From assembly GCA_050248855.1 (NCBI GenBank), contig JBFWRP010000001.1, positions 192,001-256,000 of the forward strand: DNA of 64,000 nucleotides, written 5' to 3'. Shown here one piece after another: positions 33,271 to 41,265 of the stretch. Source of the DNA: Planctomycetota bacterium. Lineage in GTDB: Bacteria; Planctomycetota; PLA2; JAEUHO01. The translations under genes were made by a program, and so were the position numbers. Under the pieces are notes generated by a model. That model worked only from the letters and a program-made list of their open reading frames with translations. It did no database searches and had not been told where the DNA came from. Numbering within the stretch: the first letter of the stretch is position 1; each line of letters begins with the position of its first letter.

Positions 33271-35841
33271 ATGGACCACCACCACGCCACGTGCCATCAC
33301 GGCTGCCGTCGCGTCGCCTCGGCGTCGGACTTCACGCTTCCCGGCGCGCGCGCGCACTATCCGCCGGACCTCTCGATCGAGCCCATCCACCTGGACATCG
33401 ACCTGCGCGTGGACGTGGCCGAGAGGCGCTGTGCCGGCACGGTCACCCACACCCTCGAGGGGCGCCGGGCGGGTGCACGCGACCTCGTCCTCCACGCCGT
33501 GGACTTCGAAGACCTCGACATCAAGTGCCCCGGCGACCAGGCCGTCCACTGGTCCTACGACGGCCGCGAGATCCGAGTCCGGTTCGAGCAGCCGTTGGCC
33601 AAGGGCGAGCACCGCAAGCTGGCCATCACCTACCGGGTGCAGGACCCCGTCACGGGCCTCTTCTTCTTCGGGCCCGCCGAGCACGCGACCGAGGTGCCCT
33701 ACGTCGCGGCCACCGACCACGAGACCGAGCGCGCCCGGCACTGGCTTCCCACGATCGACCTGCCGTCGTGCCGCCCCACCCTCTCGTGGCACCTGCGCTC
33801 CAAGAGCGAGTACACGATCCTGGCCAACGGCAAGTCGGCCGGCGAGACCCACCACGACGACGGCACCAAGACGGCGCACTGGGAGCTCGAGCAGCGCTGC
33901 CCCAGCTACCTCACGTGCTTCGTGCTGGGCGACCTCGTCGAGGCGCGCGACGGCGAGTTCGAAGGCCGCCCCATCGCGTACTACACGACGCGGCACTTCC
34001 AGGCCGACGACCTGATCCGCGCGTTCGGCCGGACGGGGCAGATGCTGGCGTGGATGACCAAGAAGCTGGGCCACCCCTTCCCGTTCCCCAAGTACTACCA
34101 GTTCGCCCTCCCCGGCTTCGGCGGCGCCATGGAGAACATCTCGCTGGTCAGCTGGGACGACATGTTCGTCCTCGACGAGACGATGGCCCGCGAGTGGACG
34201 TGGCAGACCGACCAGGTCAACTTGCACGAGATGGCGCACAGCTACTTCGGCGACGCCATCGTGTGTCGCGACTACGCGCACGCGTGGCTCAAGGAGAGCT
34301 GGGCCGTCTACATGGAGACGCTCTGGCTCGAGGACTCCAAGAGCGAAGAGGAAGCCCTCTACGATGTCCTGGTCAACATCGACAACTACCTGAACGAAGC
34401 CGACAGCGCCTACCAGCGCCCCATCGTCACGCGCGAGTTCAACACGTCGTGGCAGATGTACGACCGCCACCTCTACCCGGGGGGCGGCTCCCGCCTGCAC
34501 ATGCTGCGCAAGGAGCTGGGCGACGACCTGTTCTTCGAGGGCGTGCGCACGTACGTCAAGCGCCACGTCGGCGGGCTCGTGGAAACCGACGACTTCCGCA
34601 AGGCCCTGGAGGACGTCTCGGGCCGCCCGCTGGGCCGCTGGTTCGACCAGTGGATCCACACCGCCGGCTACCCCGCCGTCAAGGTGACCTGGGCCCGTGA
34701 TGCCGAGCGCGGCGTGGGCACGCTCACGGTCGAGCAGACCCAGGTCGACGAGAAGCAAGGGAAGAAGCCGTTTGCGTTCGGCTTGGACATCCGCCTCGTC
34801 GTGGACGGCCAGGAGCGCCTCGAGACGCTTCACGTCGAGCACGCCAAGCACGTGGTGGACCTGCCCGCCGCCAAGGAGCCCGACCTCGTGGAGGTCGACC
34901 CGTTCGGCCGCGTGGTCATGAAGCTCGAGTTCGATCCCGGCGCCACGCTCCTGCGCAAGCAGCTGCGCGAGGCGAAGACCGTGGTCGGTCGCATCCGCGC
35001 CGCTCGCACGCTCTGCAGCTCGGGCAAGCGCGCCAACCTCGAGGCCGTCCGCGACGCCTACGGCGAGGAGGCGTTCTGGGGCGCCCGTCGCGAGCTCGCG
35101 CGTGCCATGGGCACCGCCATGGCGGACGAGGCCGTCACGATCCTCGCCGAGTGGCTGGAGCGCGAAGAGGACGGCATGGTGCTGGAGCTGGCCATACGTG
35201 CCGCGGCGCCGCTGCGCGACCCGCGCATCCGCGGCGTTCTCGAGCGACGCCTGGACAAGGGCATCGATCTCTACCGCGCCGCCGGGGCGGCCTTCGAAGT
35301 GCTGGGCCTGCAGCGCGGCGAGGCCCCGTTCGCCGAGCTGAAGGCGGCCCTACGTCGTGAGGATCCCTACGGCTGGCAGGCCCAGAGCGCCGCGCGGGCC
35401 TTGGCCAGCAGTCGCCATCCGGAGGCGCTTGACACGCTCTTGGCGCACCTGGAGCCGGGTCAGGCGTCGGACCGCGTGCGGCCCGTCGTCGCGCTGGCCA
35501 TCGGCAGCATGGGACGCACCTTGACCGACGGCGAGAAGGAGCGCGCAGGCGAGGCCCTCGTGGACCGCCTCCGCGACCGCACGCCGCACGTCCGCAACCG
35601 CTCCATGATGGCGTTGGGCATGCTGGGTTGGGGACCGGCCGTCGCGGCCCTTCGCGCCTACGGCCAGCGCCTCTCGGACCAGGAGCGCGTGGCGGTGGAT
35701 CGCGCGATCGAGCAGATCCAGCGCGCGCAGAAGCCCGCCGGCAAGGCCGACGAGAAGGCCCGCGAAGAGCTCGAAAAGCACGTACGCACCCTCGAAGGCC
35801 GCGTCACGCGCCTCGAGGCCCGCGCCGACATGGGCTCCTGA
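33271..35841 (+). CDS. pepN: M1 family aminopeptidase with C-terminal HEAT repeats and coiled coil
   Basis: GGAMEN, HEMAH-x18-E (WLKES) and LYPGG; AAGGAG RBS. Confidence 0.9.
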   Translation: MDHHHATCHHGCRRVASASDFTLPGARAHYPPDLSIEPIHLDIDLRVDVAERRCAGTVTHTLEGRRAGARDLVLHAVDFEDLDIKCPGDQAVHWSYDGREIRVRFEQPLAKGEHRKLAITYRVQDPVTGLFFFGPAEHATEVPYVAATDHETERARHWLPTIDLPSCRPTLSWHLRSKSEYTILANGKSAGETHHDDGTKTAHWELEQRCPSYLTCFVLGDLVEARDGEFEGRPIAYYTTRHFQADDLIRAFGRTGQMLAWMTKKLGHPFPFPKYYQFALPGFGGAMENISLVSWDDMFVLDETMAREWTWQTDQVNLHEMAHSYFGDAIVCRDYAHAWLKESWAVYMETLWLEDSKSEEEALYDVLVNIDNYLNEADSAYQRPIVTREFNTSWQMYDRHLYPGGGSRLHMLRKELGDDLFFEGVRTYVKRHVGGLVETDDFRKALEDVSGRPLGRWFDQWIHTAGYPAVKVTWARDAERGVGTLTVEQTQVDEKQGKKPFAFGLDIRLVVDGQERLETLHVEHAKHVVDLPAAKEPDLVEVDPFGRVVMKLEFDPGATLLRKQLREAKTVVGRIRAARTLCSSGKRANLEAVRDAYGEEAFWGARRELARAMGTAMADEAVTILAEWLEREEDGMVLELAIRAAAPLRDPRIRGVLERRLDKGIDLYRAAGAAFEVLGLQRGEAPFAELKAALRREDPYGWQAQSAARALASSRHPEALDTLLAHLEPGQASDRVRPVVALAIGSMGRTLTDGEKERAGEALVDRLRDRTPHVRNRSMMALGMLGWGPAVAALRAYGQRLSDQERVAVDRAIEQIQRAQKPAGKADEKAREELEKHVRTLEGRVTRLEARADMGS

Positions 35842-35851
35842 ACCGGGACAA

Positions 35852-35945
35852 GGTGGCGGGGATTTCTTCCGCAGCTTGCCGCAGGGCGCGCTCCCATGCC
35901 GTGGTGCAGGGCGGCAAGCTGCGGAAGAATTCCCCGCCTCCGTAC
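35852..35945. repeat. REP/REPIN-like element, copy 3
   Basis: GGCGGGGATTTCTTCCGCAGCTTGCCGC ... GCGGCAAGCTGCGGAAGAATTCCCCGCCTCCGTAC; lies between convergent genes. Confidence 0.88.
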
Positions 35946-35958
35946 CGCGTCTCTCCGT

Positions 35959-36014
35959 CTCCGAACGGCAGCCTCCGAACGGCAGCCTCCGAACGGCAGC
36001 CTCCGAACGGCAGC
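35959..36014. repeat. Perfect tandem repeat, 4 x CTCCGAACGGCAGC (14 bp)
   Basis: Read directly from the sequence; no spacers. Confidence 0.95.
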
Positions 36015-36017
36015 TAC

Positions 36018-37199
36018 CTACGCGCGTTGTCGGCGTCGCTGCTGCGCGATGGCCAGCAGCACTCCAGCGACGAGCCCACCTGCCAGGGGCAACCGGCCGA
36101 CCCAGGGCGTCAGCTCGTAGCTGCGGTTCATGCGGTCGTAGCCGTAGGGAACCAGAAGCCACGCCAGCGTCACCACGATGGCCATGGTTCCCACGCCGAC
36201 ACTCCAGGACTTCATCTGGGTGAAGTCGATGCGTCCCATTCTCCCGGGCCACTCGCGAAACCAGTCGAACCCCAGCAGGTCGCGCGGACACGTGATCGCC
36301 AGCCACGTCAGCAAGGCGCCGCATGCACCGGCTGGGCCCAGGAGGACGTACTCCCGTCCGGAGTACGCGACGAGCGACATGACCAAGCCTGCGGCCTGAC
36401 CGAGCACGAGCAGTCCGGTCGTTCGAAGCGGGCCGATGATCCGCTCGATGCGGCCACCGAACACCCACAGCACGTAGACGGCGAAGCCCACCCGCCACGC
36501 GTCGACGGACGCGATCGAGAATCCGAGCCAGCGCGCCACGTCATTCGTGGAAGGGCTCGCCAGGTCCAGGCCGTACTTCACCGCAGCGGTGCGCGGGTCC
36601 ATCCCCGACGCGATGCCCACGACGAGCAGGCCGACCGCGAGCAGGAACGTCACGGGCCGACCCAGTACGACGCCGAAGCGCCCCTCGGCCCACGAAGCGG
36701 TGGCGTGCTTGCCCGAGATGCGCTTCACGTCCTCCGGCGGGTCGTGTCGCCCGCGGCCGCTTGTCCGCTGCGCGTGCTCCAGCTCGAACTGCGCCATGAC
36801 CAACGCCGCCTTCGGCGAAAGGGACGCCGCTCCGCTTCCCGCGGACTCGCCCTCCCTGCTCTCGGAGCCCGCAGCACGCCCCCCGTGCGCCAGCGTCGCG
36901 AACCCTCCGTCGGCGAACCACACGGCGTCGCACGCCAGGCAGGCGGCCACCCGCAGCGACCTGCCCTCCACCACGAGGGCCGTCGCGTGGAGCGGCTCCC
37001 GGCAGAAGGGACACTCGCGCGCCTCGGGGGGCGCCCGGCGTGCGCGGTGCCGCAGCTTGTCAACGGCATCGGCGGCCGCGTACCTGCGCACGACGGGCAG
37101 CGTTGCGGCGACGCCGTGGCAGCCGGCGCATCCCCAGGTGGTGACACCCTCGAGGACGGTGTGCTGCAGGGAAGCCGAGCAGTCCGGGCAGCTGGGCAT
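36018..37199 (-). CDS. Zn-ribbon (zf-TFIIB-like) plus rhomboid-like membrane protein, apparently lacking catalytic residues
   Basis: CPDC/CAGC/CPFC/CLAC..VWFADG, then TM helices with LWVFGGRIERIIG. Confidence 0.75.
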   Translation of the reverse strand: MPSCPDCSASLQHTVLEGVTTWGCAGCHGVAATLPVVRRYAAADAVDKLRHRARRAPPEARECPFCREPLHATALVVEGRSLRVAACLACDAVWFADGGFATLAHGGRAAGSESREGESAGSGAASLSPKAALVMAQFELEHAQRTSGRGRHDPPEDVKRISGKHATASWAEGRFGVVLGRPVTFLLAVGLLVVGIASGMDPRTAAVKYGLDLASPSTNDVARWLGFSIASVDAWRVGFAVYVLWVFGGRIERIIGPLRTTGLLVLGQAAGLVMSLVAYSGREYVLLGPAGACGALLTWLAITCPRDLLGFDWFREWPGRMGRIDFTQMKSWSVGVGTMAIVVTLAWLLVPYGYDRMNRSYELTPWVGRLPLAGGLVAGVLLAIAQQRRRQRA

Positions 37200-37210
37200 G
37201 AGGACCAGCG

Positions 37211-37825
37211 CTACCGGTCGTCGAGGCGCCGGCAGGCAAACCGCGGCGAGACGCACCAGCTGTCGTCGAGCACCAGCACATGGGGTGGCGCCGAGCTGAC
37301 GCCGGGCGGAATGGCCCCCACCAGCAGCTTGGGCTCGCCGCCCGCCGCTTGCACGAGCGGTGCGATGCCCTGCAGGAAGCCCAACGGTCCGCGTGCCAGC
37401 GGCGGCGGATCCCCGTCCAGCGCTTCACCCGTCAACCAGGGGTGGTCCATGACGACCCAGTCGGCAAGCGACCACCACGTGCCCGCCAAGGCGTGGAGGT
37501 GGCGCGCCACCTCCCCGAGCAGGCGCGCGGGGTCTTCGGGTCGGCTCCCCATGTGCACTTCGGCGGGCGGGGACAGGTACGGCATCAACAGGGGGTGCTC
37601 GCGGTGCACCTCCATCGTCCAGCTCGTGCTGGTCTGGATGCGGTAGGCGATCACGCCGTCCGCGCGCACCTCCCAGGCGATGGGCTCCGCGTCCTCGTCG
37701 TCGGGGTCCTCGCCCTCGATCTCCAGGACCCAGCCTTCGTGGTCATCGCGTACGGAGCGGAGGTGCAGCGGTGCACCCTCCTCGCCCCCGACCTTCGCGT
37801 GCCAAGCCAGCAACCGTTCCAGCAT
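37211..37825 (-). CDS. Hypothetical protein
   Basis: GGGAGG RBS before ATG at 37825; coding-like composition. Confidence 0.65.
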   Translation of the reverse strand: MLERLLAWHAKVGGEEGAPLHLRSVRDDHEGWVLEIEGEDPDDEDAEPIAWEVRADGVIAYRIQTSTSWTMEVHREHPLLMPYLSPPAEVHMGSRPEDPARLLGEVARHLHALAGTWWSLADWVVMDHPWLTGEALDGDPPPLARGPLGFLQGIAPLVQAAGGEPKLLVGAIPPGVSSAPPHVLVLDDSWCVSPRFACRRLDDR

Positions 37826-37889
37826 GCGCGCCTCCCGCGTCGCGGACGATACGCCAGCGGTCACGGCCTGTCGCGTGCCGTACGGCTCT

Positions 37890-38918
37890 CTAGCGACCCC
37901 GCTCGCGGGCGCGTTGGGCCCCGGGATCCGTCACGGGGATCTCGCTCTCCCACGAGGCGCCGGCCGCACGGCCCTCCTGAATGTGGCGGCGGCGATCGGT
38001 CGGCGAGGCGCCATCCTCGCGCAGCGCACGGCGCACCAACGCCTCCAGGGACGAGGCCGGGGCCTCAGCGGGGACGGAAGCCAGCACGTCGCCGTCGAGG
38101 CCGAACGCACCCGGCTTGACGAGGAACACGCCCTGCTTCGAACCGAGGCCCCGGATCGCCGGGAGGTCCTCGTCGGCCCGCGCGACCTGCACCTGGAAGC
38201 GCCCGCGGAGATCGTCGCGCCACGCCAGCACGGCGAGCGCCTTGGCCAGCGCCTCGCGCTTCTTGGCGTCCTCGACACGGACCACGATCAGGGCTTGGCC
38301 GTCGCAGGCGCTCACGACGAGGGCGCGACGGACGTCGAGCGCCTGGGGAAGCGCTGCCAGGTCGGCCCGCGGCCGGTACTGCGCGGCGACCTCACGCAGG
38401 CGTGCCGCGAAGCGGGCGACGTCCTCTTCGCTCGTCGCGGCGCCTGGACCCCGGGCGGCCCCCACGAGGAACGCCGGCCCGCGGCCCGCCTGCCCGAGGA
38501 CGCGCGTGCCATCGGGGCCCAGGATCGCGAACGTCGTGTTCTCGAGCTGGCCGGAGCGACCCCGGAACACGCGCAGCAGGACATCCGCCTCGGCCTGGCT
38601 CTCGTAGGTGGCCAAGCGGGTACAGACGAAGGAGCGGGCAGCCGCCACGACCGTGGCGTCGGACAGGTAGCCCCTGTCCGTTTCCTGTTTGCCGGGTCAC
38701 CACATGCCGGGGACGCCGCCGCAGGCAGGCATCGCCGACGTCAACAGGATCGGGCGCCCGGTGCGCTTGGCTTCCGCCTTCGCCCCTTCCCACGTCCCGA
38801 ACCACACGATGCGCTCGGGGGGCGAGGCCTCCCCGGCCTGCGCAGGACGCAGGTTGGACGTGGTCTCGAAGCCGATGGCCGTGGCACAGAGAAGGGTGAC
38901 AAGCCGCATGGACCGCAT
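37890..38918 (-). CDS. Probable exported thioredoxin-fold selenoprotein (342 aa, Sec74)
   Basis: ORFs 38697-38951 and 37890-38648 are in frame and separated by a single TGA (38697-38699): WEGAKAEAKRTGRPILL..PACGGVPGMW-U-PGKQETDRGYLSD..FVCTRL; a hairpin follows. Start could also be 38951. Confidence 0.75.
38660..38680 (-). promoter_or_regulatory. Candidate bacterial SECIS element
   Basis: CGGACAGG-GGCUA-CCUGUCCG: perfect 8-bp stem with a G-initiated loop, beginning 16 nt after the UGA. Confidence 0.65.
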
Positions 38919-39002
38919 GACGCTCTCCCGCAAGCCGAAGCCCGGCTGCATGCCCCCTGATACGCGGGCGACCGACGCTCGGCCGCCCGCGCAAGGTCTG
39001 CT

Positions 39003-39254
39003 TCAGGATCCGCGCTCGCGGAAAGTAGTCATGCCGCTGGCTGCCGTCCAGCCGGCCCGTCTCCAGGCAGCAGCGCTGGAAAGCGCCTCCCCGAACCGCA
39101 GGGGCAGGGGTCTTTGCGCCCGAGCTTCTCGAGCAGCTCCTTGCCGTGGCCGACCGTGCGGTGGCCGCGCTTGACGTGGGTCTCCGACGGGTAGCCCCTA
39201 CGCCGCTTGCTCATCCGCTCGAAAGGACGGCTTCTCGTGGTCTCGACGTGCCAT
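39003..39254 (-). CDS. Small SEC-C (zinc-binding) motif protein requiring three +1 frameshifts
   Basis: AAGGGAGG RBS and ATG at 39254; skipping one base after each TTT (39221, 39079, 39021) gives 82 aa with a complete [18 protein letters not shown] motif and a TGA at 39003-39005. Confidence 0.75.
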
Positions 39255-39328
39255 GGCAACCTCCCTTCACGTGGTGTGAGGCGAAGGGGACGCGACCTAC
39301 AGCGCGCGGGTTCCGCCCGACCCCGGAT

Positions 39329-39386
39329 GTGTCAGGACCCTTGCCGCGGCGCCGCGAAGCGGCAACGTGGGCAAGGTGCCTGACAC
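39329..39386. repeat. Long imperfect inverted repeat (REP-like or terminator-like hairpin)
   Basis: GTGTCAGGACCCTTGCC ... GGCAAGGTGCCTGACAC enclosing an inner GCCGC-GAA-GCGGC stem; intergenic. Confidence 0.7.
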
Positions 39387-39468
39387 GCAGGGGGCGCGGT
39401 TCGTCGGCGAACGGACGTCGCACTCAGGGAACCGACCCCAAGCAGAGCGCGCGGCACGTCGTTCCGCG

Positions 39469-41199
39469 CTACTTGCCCTCGTCCGGGGCTGGCGCTTCGG
39501 GCAGCGGACCCAGCAGGTCTCGCACGAAGTCGGCCCAGCGGTCTTCCAAGTCCTCGAGCTCGGCATGGGAGAACACGGCGTCGACCGCGAATCCAAGCGA
39601 CTCCCCGCGCGGCAGCTCCATCCACGCACGAACCAGATCCAGGTAACGCGGCCACCAGGTCCCGTCGTCGATCGTTCGCAGGAAATGCAGGAACATCCAC
39701 GCCTGCTGGCGAAACACGAGGTAGCTGTCCCCTCGAGGAAGGTCGAATCGCGCCGCGGCCAGCTCGGCGATCTGGTAGCCGTGCGACGATCGCAGGAGCG
39801 ACTCCAGGGACAGGAGCGGGTAGACAGGGCCTTGCGCAAGGTCGTCCGCGTCCATCCGCTGGAAGCGTCGGTCCCGCAACGAGCGCGCCTCCAAGAGCAG
39901 CTCCTCGTTGCGAGGCTCGATTCGCCATCGACCGTCGTCCGCAAGGACGACACACTCCAGCAGGGCCGCTACGCCCTCGACCACGGCCGAGTCTCTCGCA
40001 CGAGCGGAGCGCCAGTTGTTGTGCTGGCGCGCGCTCGCGTACAGCAGGGCTCGCACGGCACCGTGCGCCAAGCGCCGCCTGGCCGCGCCTACTGGCTCCG
40101 GATCCTCGACGCGCGACGGCCACGAGACGGCAGGGTCCATTTCATGTGCGAAGACCCCGGCGCTCGTGATGTGCGCGAAGTCGGGACGGACCCTCGTGGC
40201 TTCGAATGCACGCCGGGAGTCGAGCATCCAAAGGCCCACGACGTGGCCGTCGGCGTAGCTGCGCACGCCAATCGGATAGTCCGGCCTCCCGCCGTAGGGC
40301 GCCATGAGGTCGGCCAGCCCGAGCGGCTCCCCGAACAGACGTTCGAACTCCGATCGGACGGTCGCCAGGATCCCGGGCGCCGCCTTTGCCAGCTCCGCGC
40401 GCCTGCGGCGGTCGACAGCACCCATCTCCGGGTCTTCGGCGACCCGCCGCGGGGGCCCCGCGATGAAGGTCAGGAACGGCCGCTCCCACACCACCTCGGG
40501 ATCGAACAAGCCGTAGAAGTCGTCGTGCTCGACGTTGGCACGGTACGCGGCCACGGCGCGTGCTGCAGGATCGTCGAGACGAGCATGCGCCCACTCGCGG
40601 AAACGCAGAACCGCCTCCCGGGCCTCCGCAAGCGATTCCTCCTCTCCCTCACCAAACCAGCGCTTCTCCCGCGCCGCCCGGATCGTCTCGATCTCGGGCA
40701 GGTCCTCCTCGCGGAGATCCATGAACAGGTTCCGGTCCTCGTCCGCGAGTCGGAACTCGACGTGCCCGAGCAGCGTGTGCGCCAGCGGGTCGTCGCGCCC
40801 GTCCTCGGTCGCCAGCCAACCTTCAAGTAGCGGGCGCAAGATGGGATCACCCTGCTCGTGCGCAGGAAGGCCGCCCAGCCGATCGCGGAGCGCCGTCCAG
40901 CCCGTCTTCCCCCGCGGTGGGTTCTGGGCGTAGTCGAGGGCCATCGCTGCTGCCGTGTCGGCCACCTCGGCGGCTCGACGCTCCCGTTGCCCCAAGGCCA
41001 GCAGCGCTCCGAGCGCCAGCGACGCCAAGACCACCAAGCTCACCCGGGCGATGCGCGCGGCCAGCGGCAGGGGCAGCTTGCGCAGCGACGTGCCGCACGC
41101 ACCGCAAGCCCCGCAGGCGGGGCACGCCGCGGCGGCACCGACGGCCGTCTCGTCGACGTCGAACCTCTTCCCACAGCTCGGACACGTGATCGTCCGCAT
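39469..41199 (-). CDS. Hypothetical protein with N-terminal Zn ribbon and TM helix
   Basis: ITCPSCGKRF..CPACG, TM helix, long soluble domain; GGGAGA RBS. Confidence 0.7.
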   Translation of the reverse strand: MRTITCPSCGKRFDVDETAVGAAAACPACGACGACGTSLRKLPLPLAARIARVSLVVLASLALGALLALGQRERRAAEVADTAAAMALDYAQNPPRGKTGWTALRDRLGGLPAHEQGDPILRPLLEGWLATEDGRDDPLAHTLLGHVEFRLADEDRNLFMDLREEDLPEIETIRAAREKRWFGEGEEESLAEAREAVLRFREWAHARLDDPAARAVAAYRANVEHDDFYGLFDPEVVWERPFLTFIAGPPRRVAEDPEMGAVDRRRRAELAKAAPGILATVRSEFERLFGEPLGLADLMAPYGGRPDYPIGVRSYADGHVVGLWMLDSRRAFEATRVRPDFAHITSAGVFAHEMDPAVSWPSRVEDPEPVGAARRRLAHGAVRALLYASARQHNNWRSARARDSAVVEGVAALLECVVLADDGRWRIEPRNEELLLEARSLRDRRFQRMDADDLAQGPVYPLLSLESLLRSSHGYQIAELAAARFDLPRGDSYLVFRQQAWMFLHFLRTIDDGTWWPRYLDLVRAWMELPRGESLGFAVDAVFSHAELEDLEDRWADFVRDLLGPLPEAPAPDEGK

Positions 41200-41265
41200 G
41201 ACCGTCTCCCCGGGTCGGGCAGGGCCAGGGTACGGCGGGACGGAGCGATGCCGTACGGAGGCGGC

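Noticed and set aside
35959..36014. Mini-CRISPR
   Set aside because: 14-bp head-to-tail units with no spacers.
38392..38994. 200-aa minus-strand ORF as an independent gene
   Set aside because: Arg/Gly-rich off-frame overlap of the thioredoxin-fold gene.
39029..39259. 76-aa ORF-track version of the SEC-C gene
   Set aside because: Its TTG start abuts the RBS with no spacer, and it loses the last two metal ligands, ending in an off-frame-looking tail.
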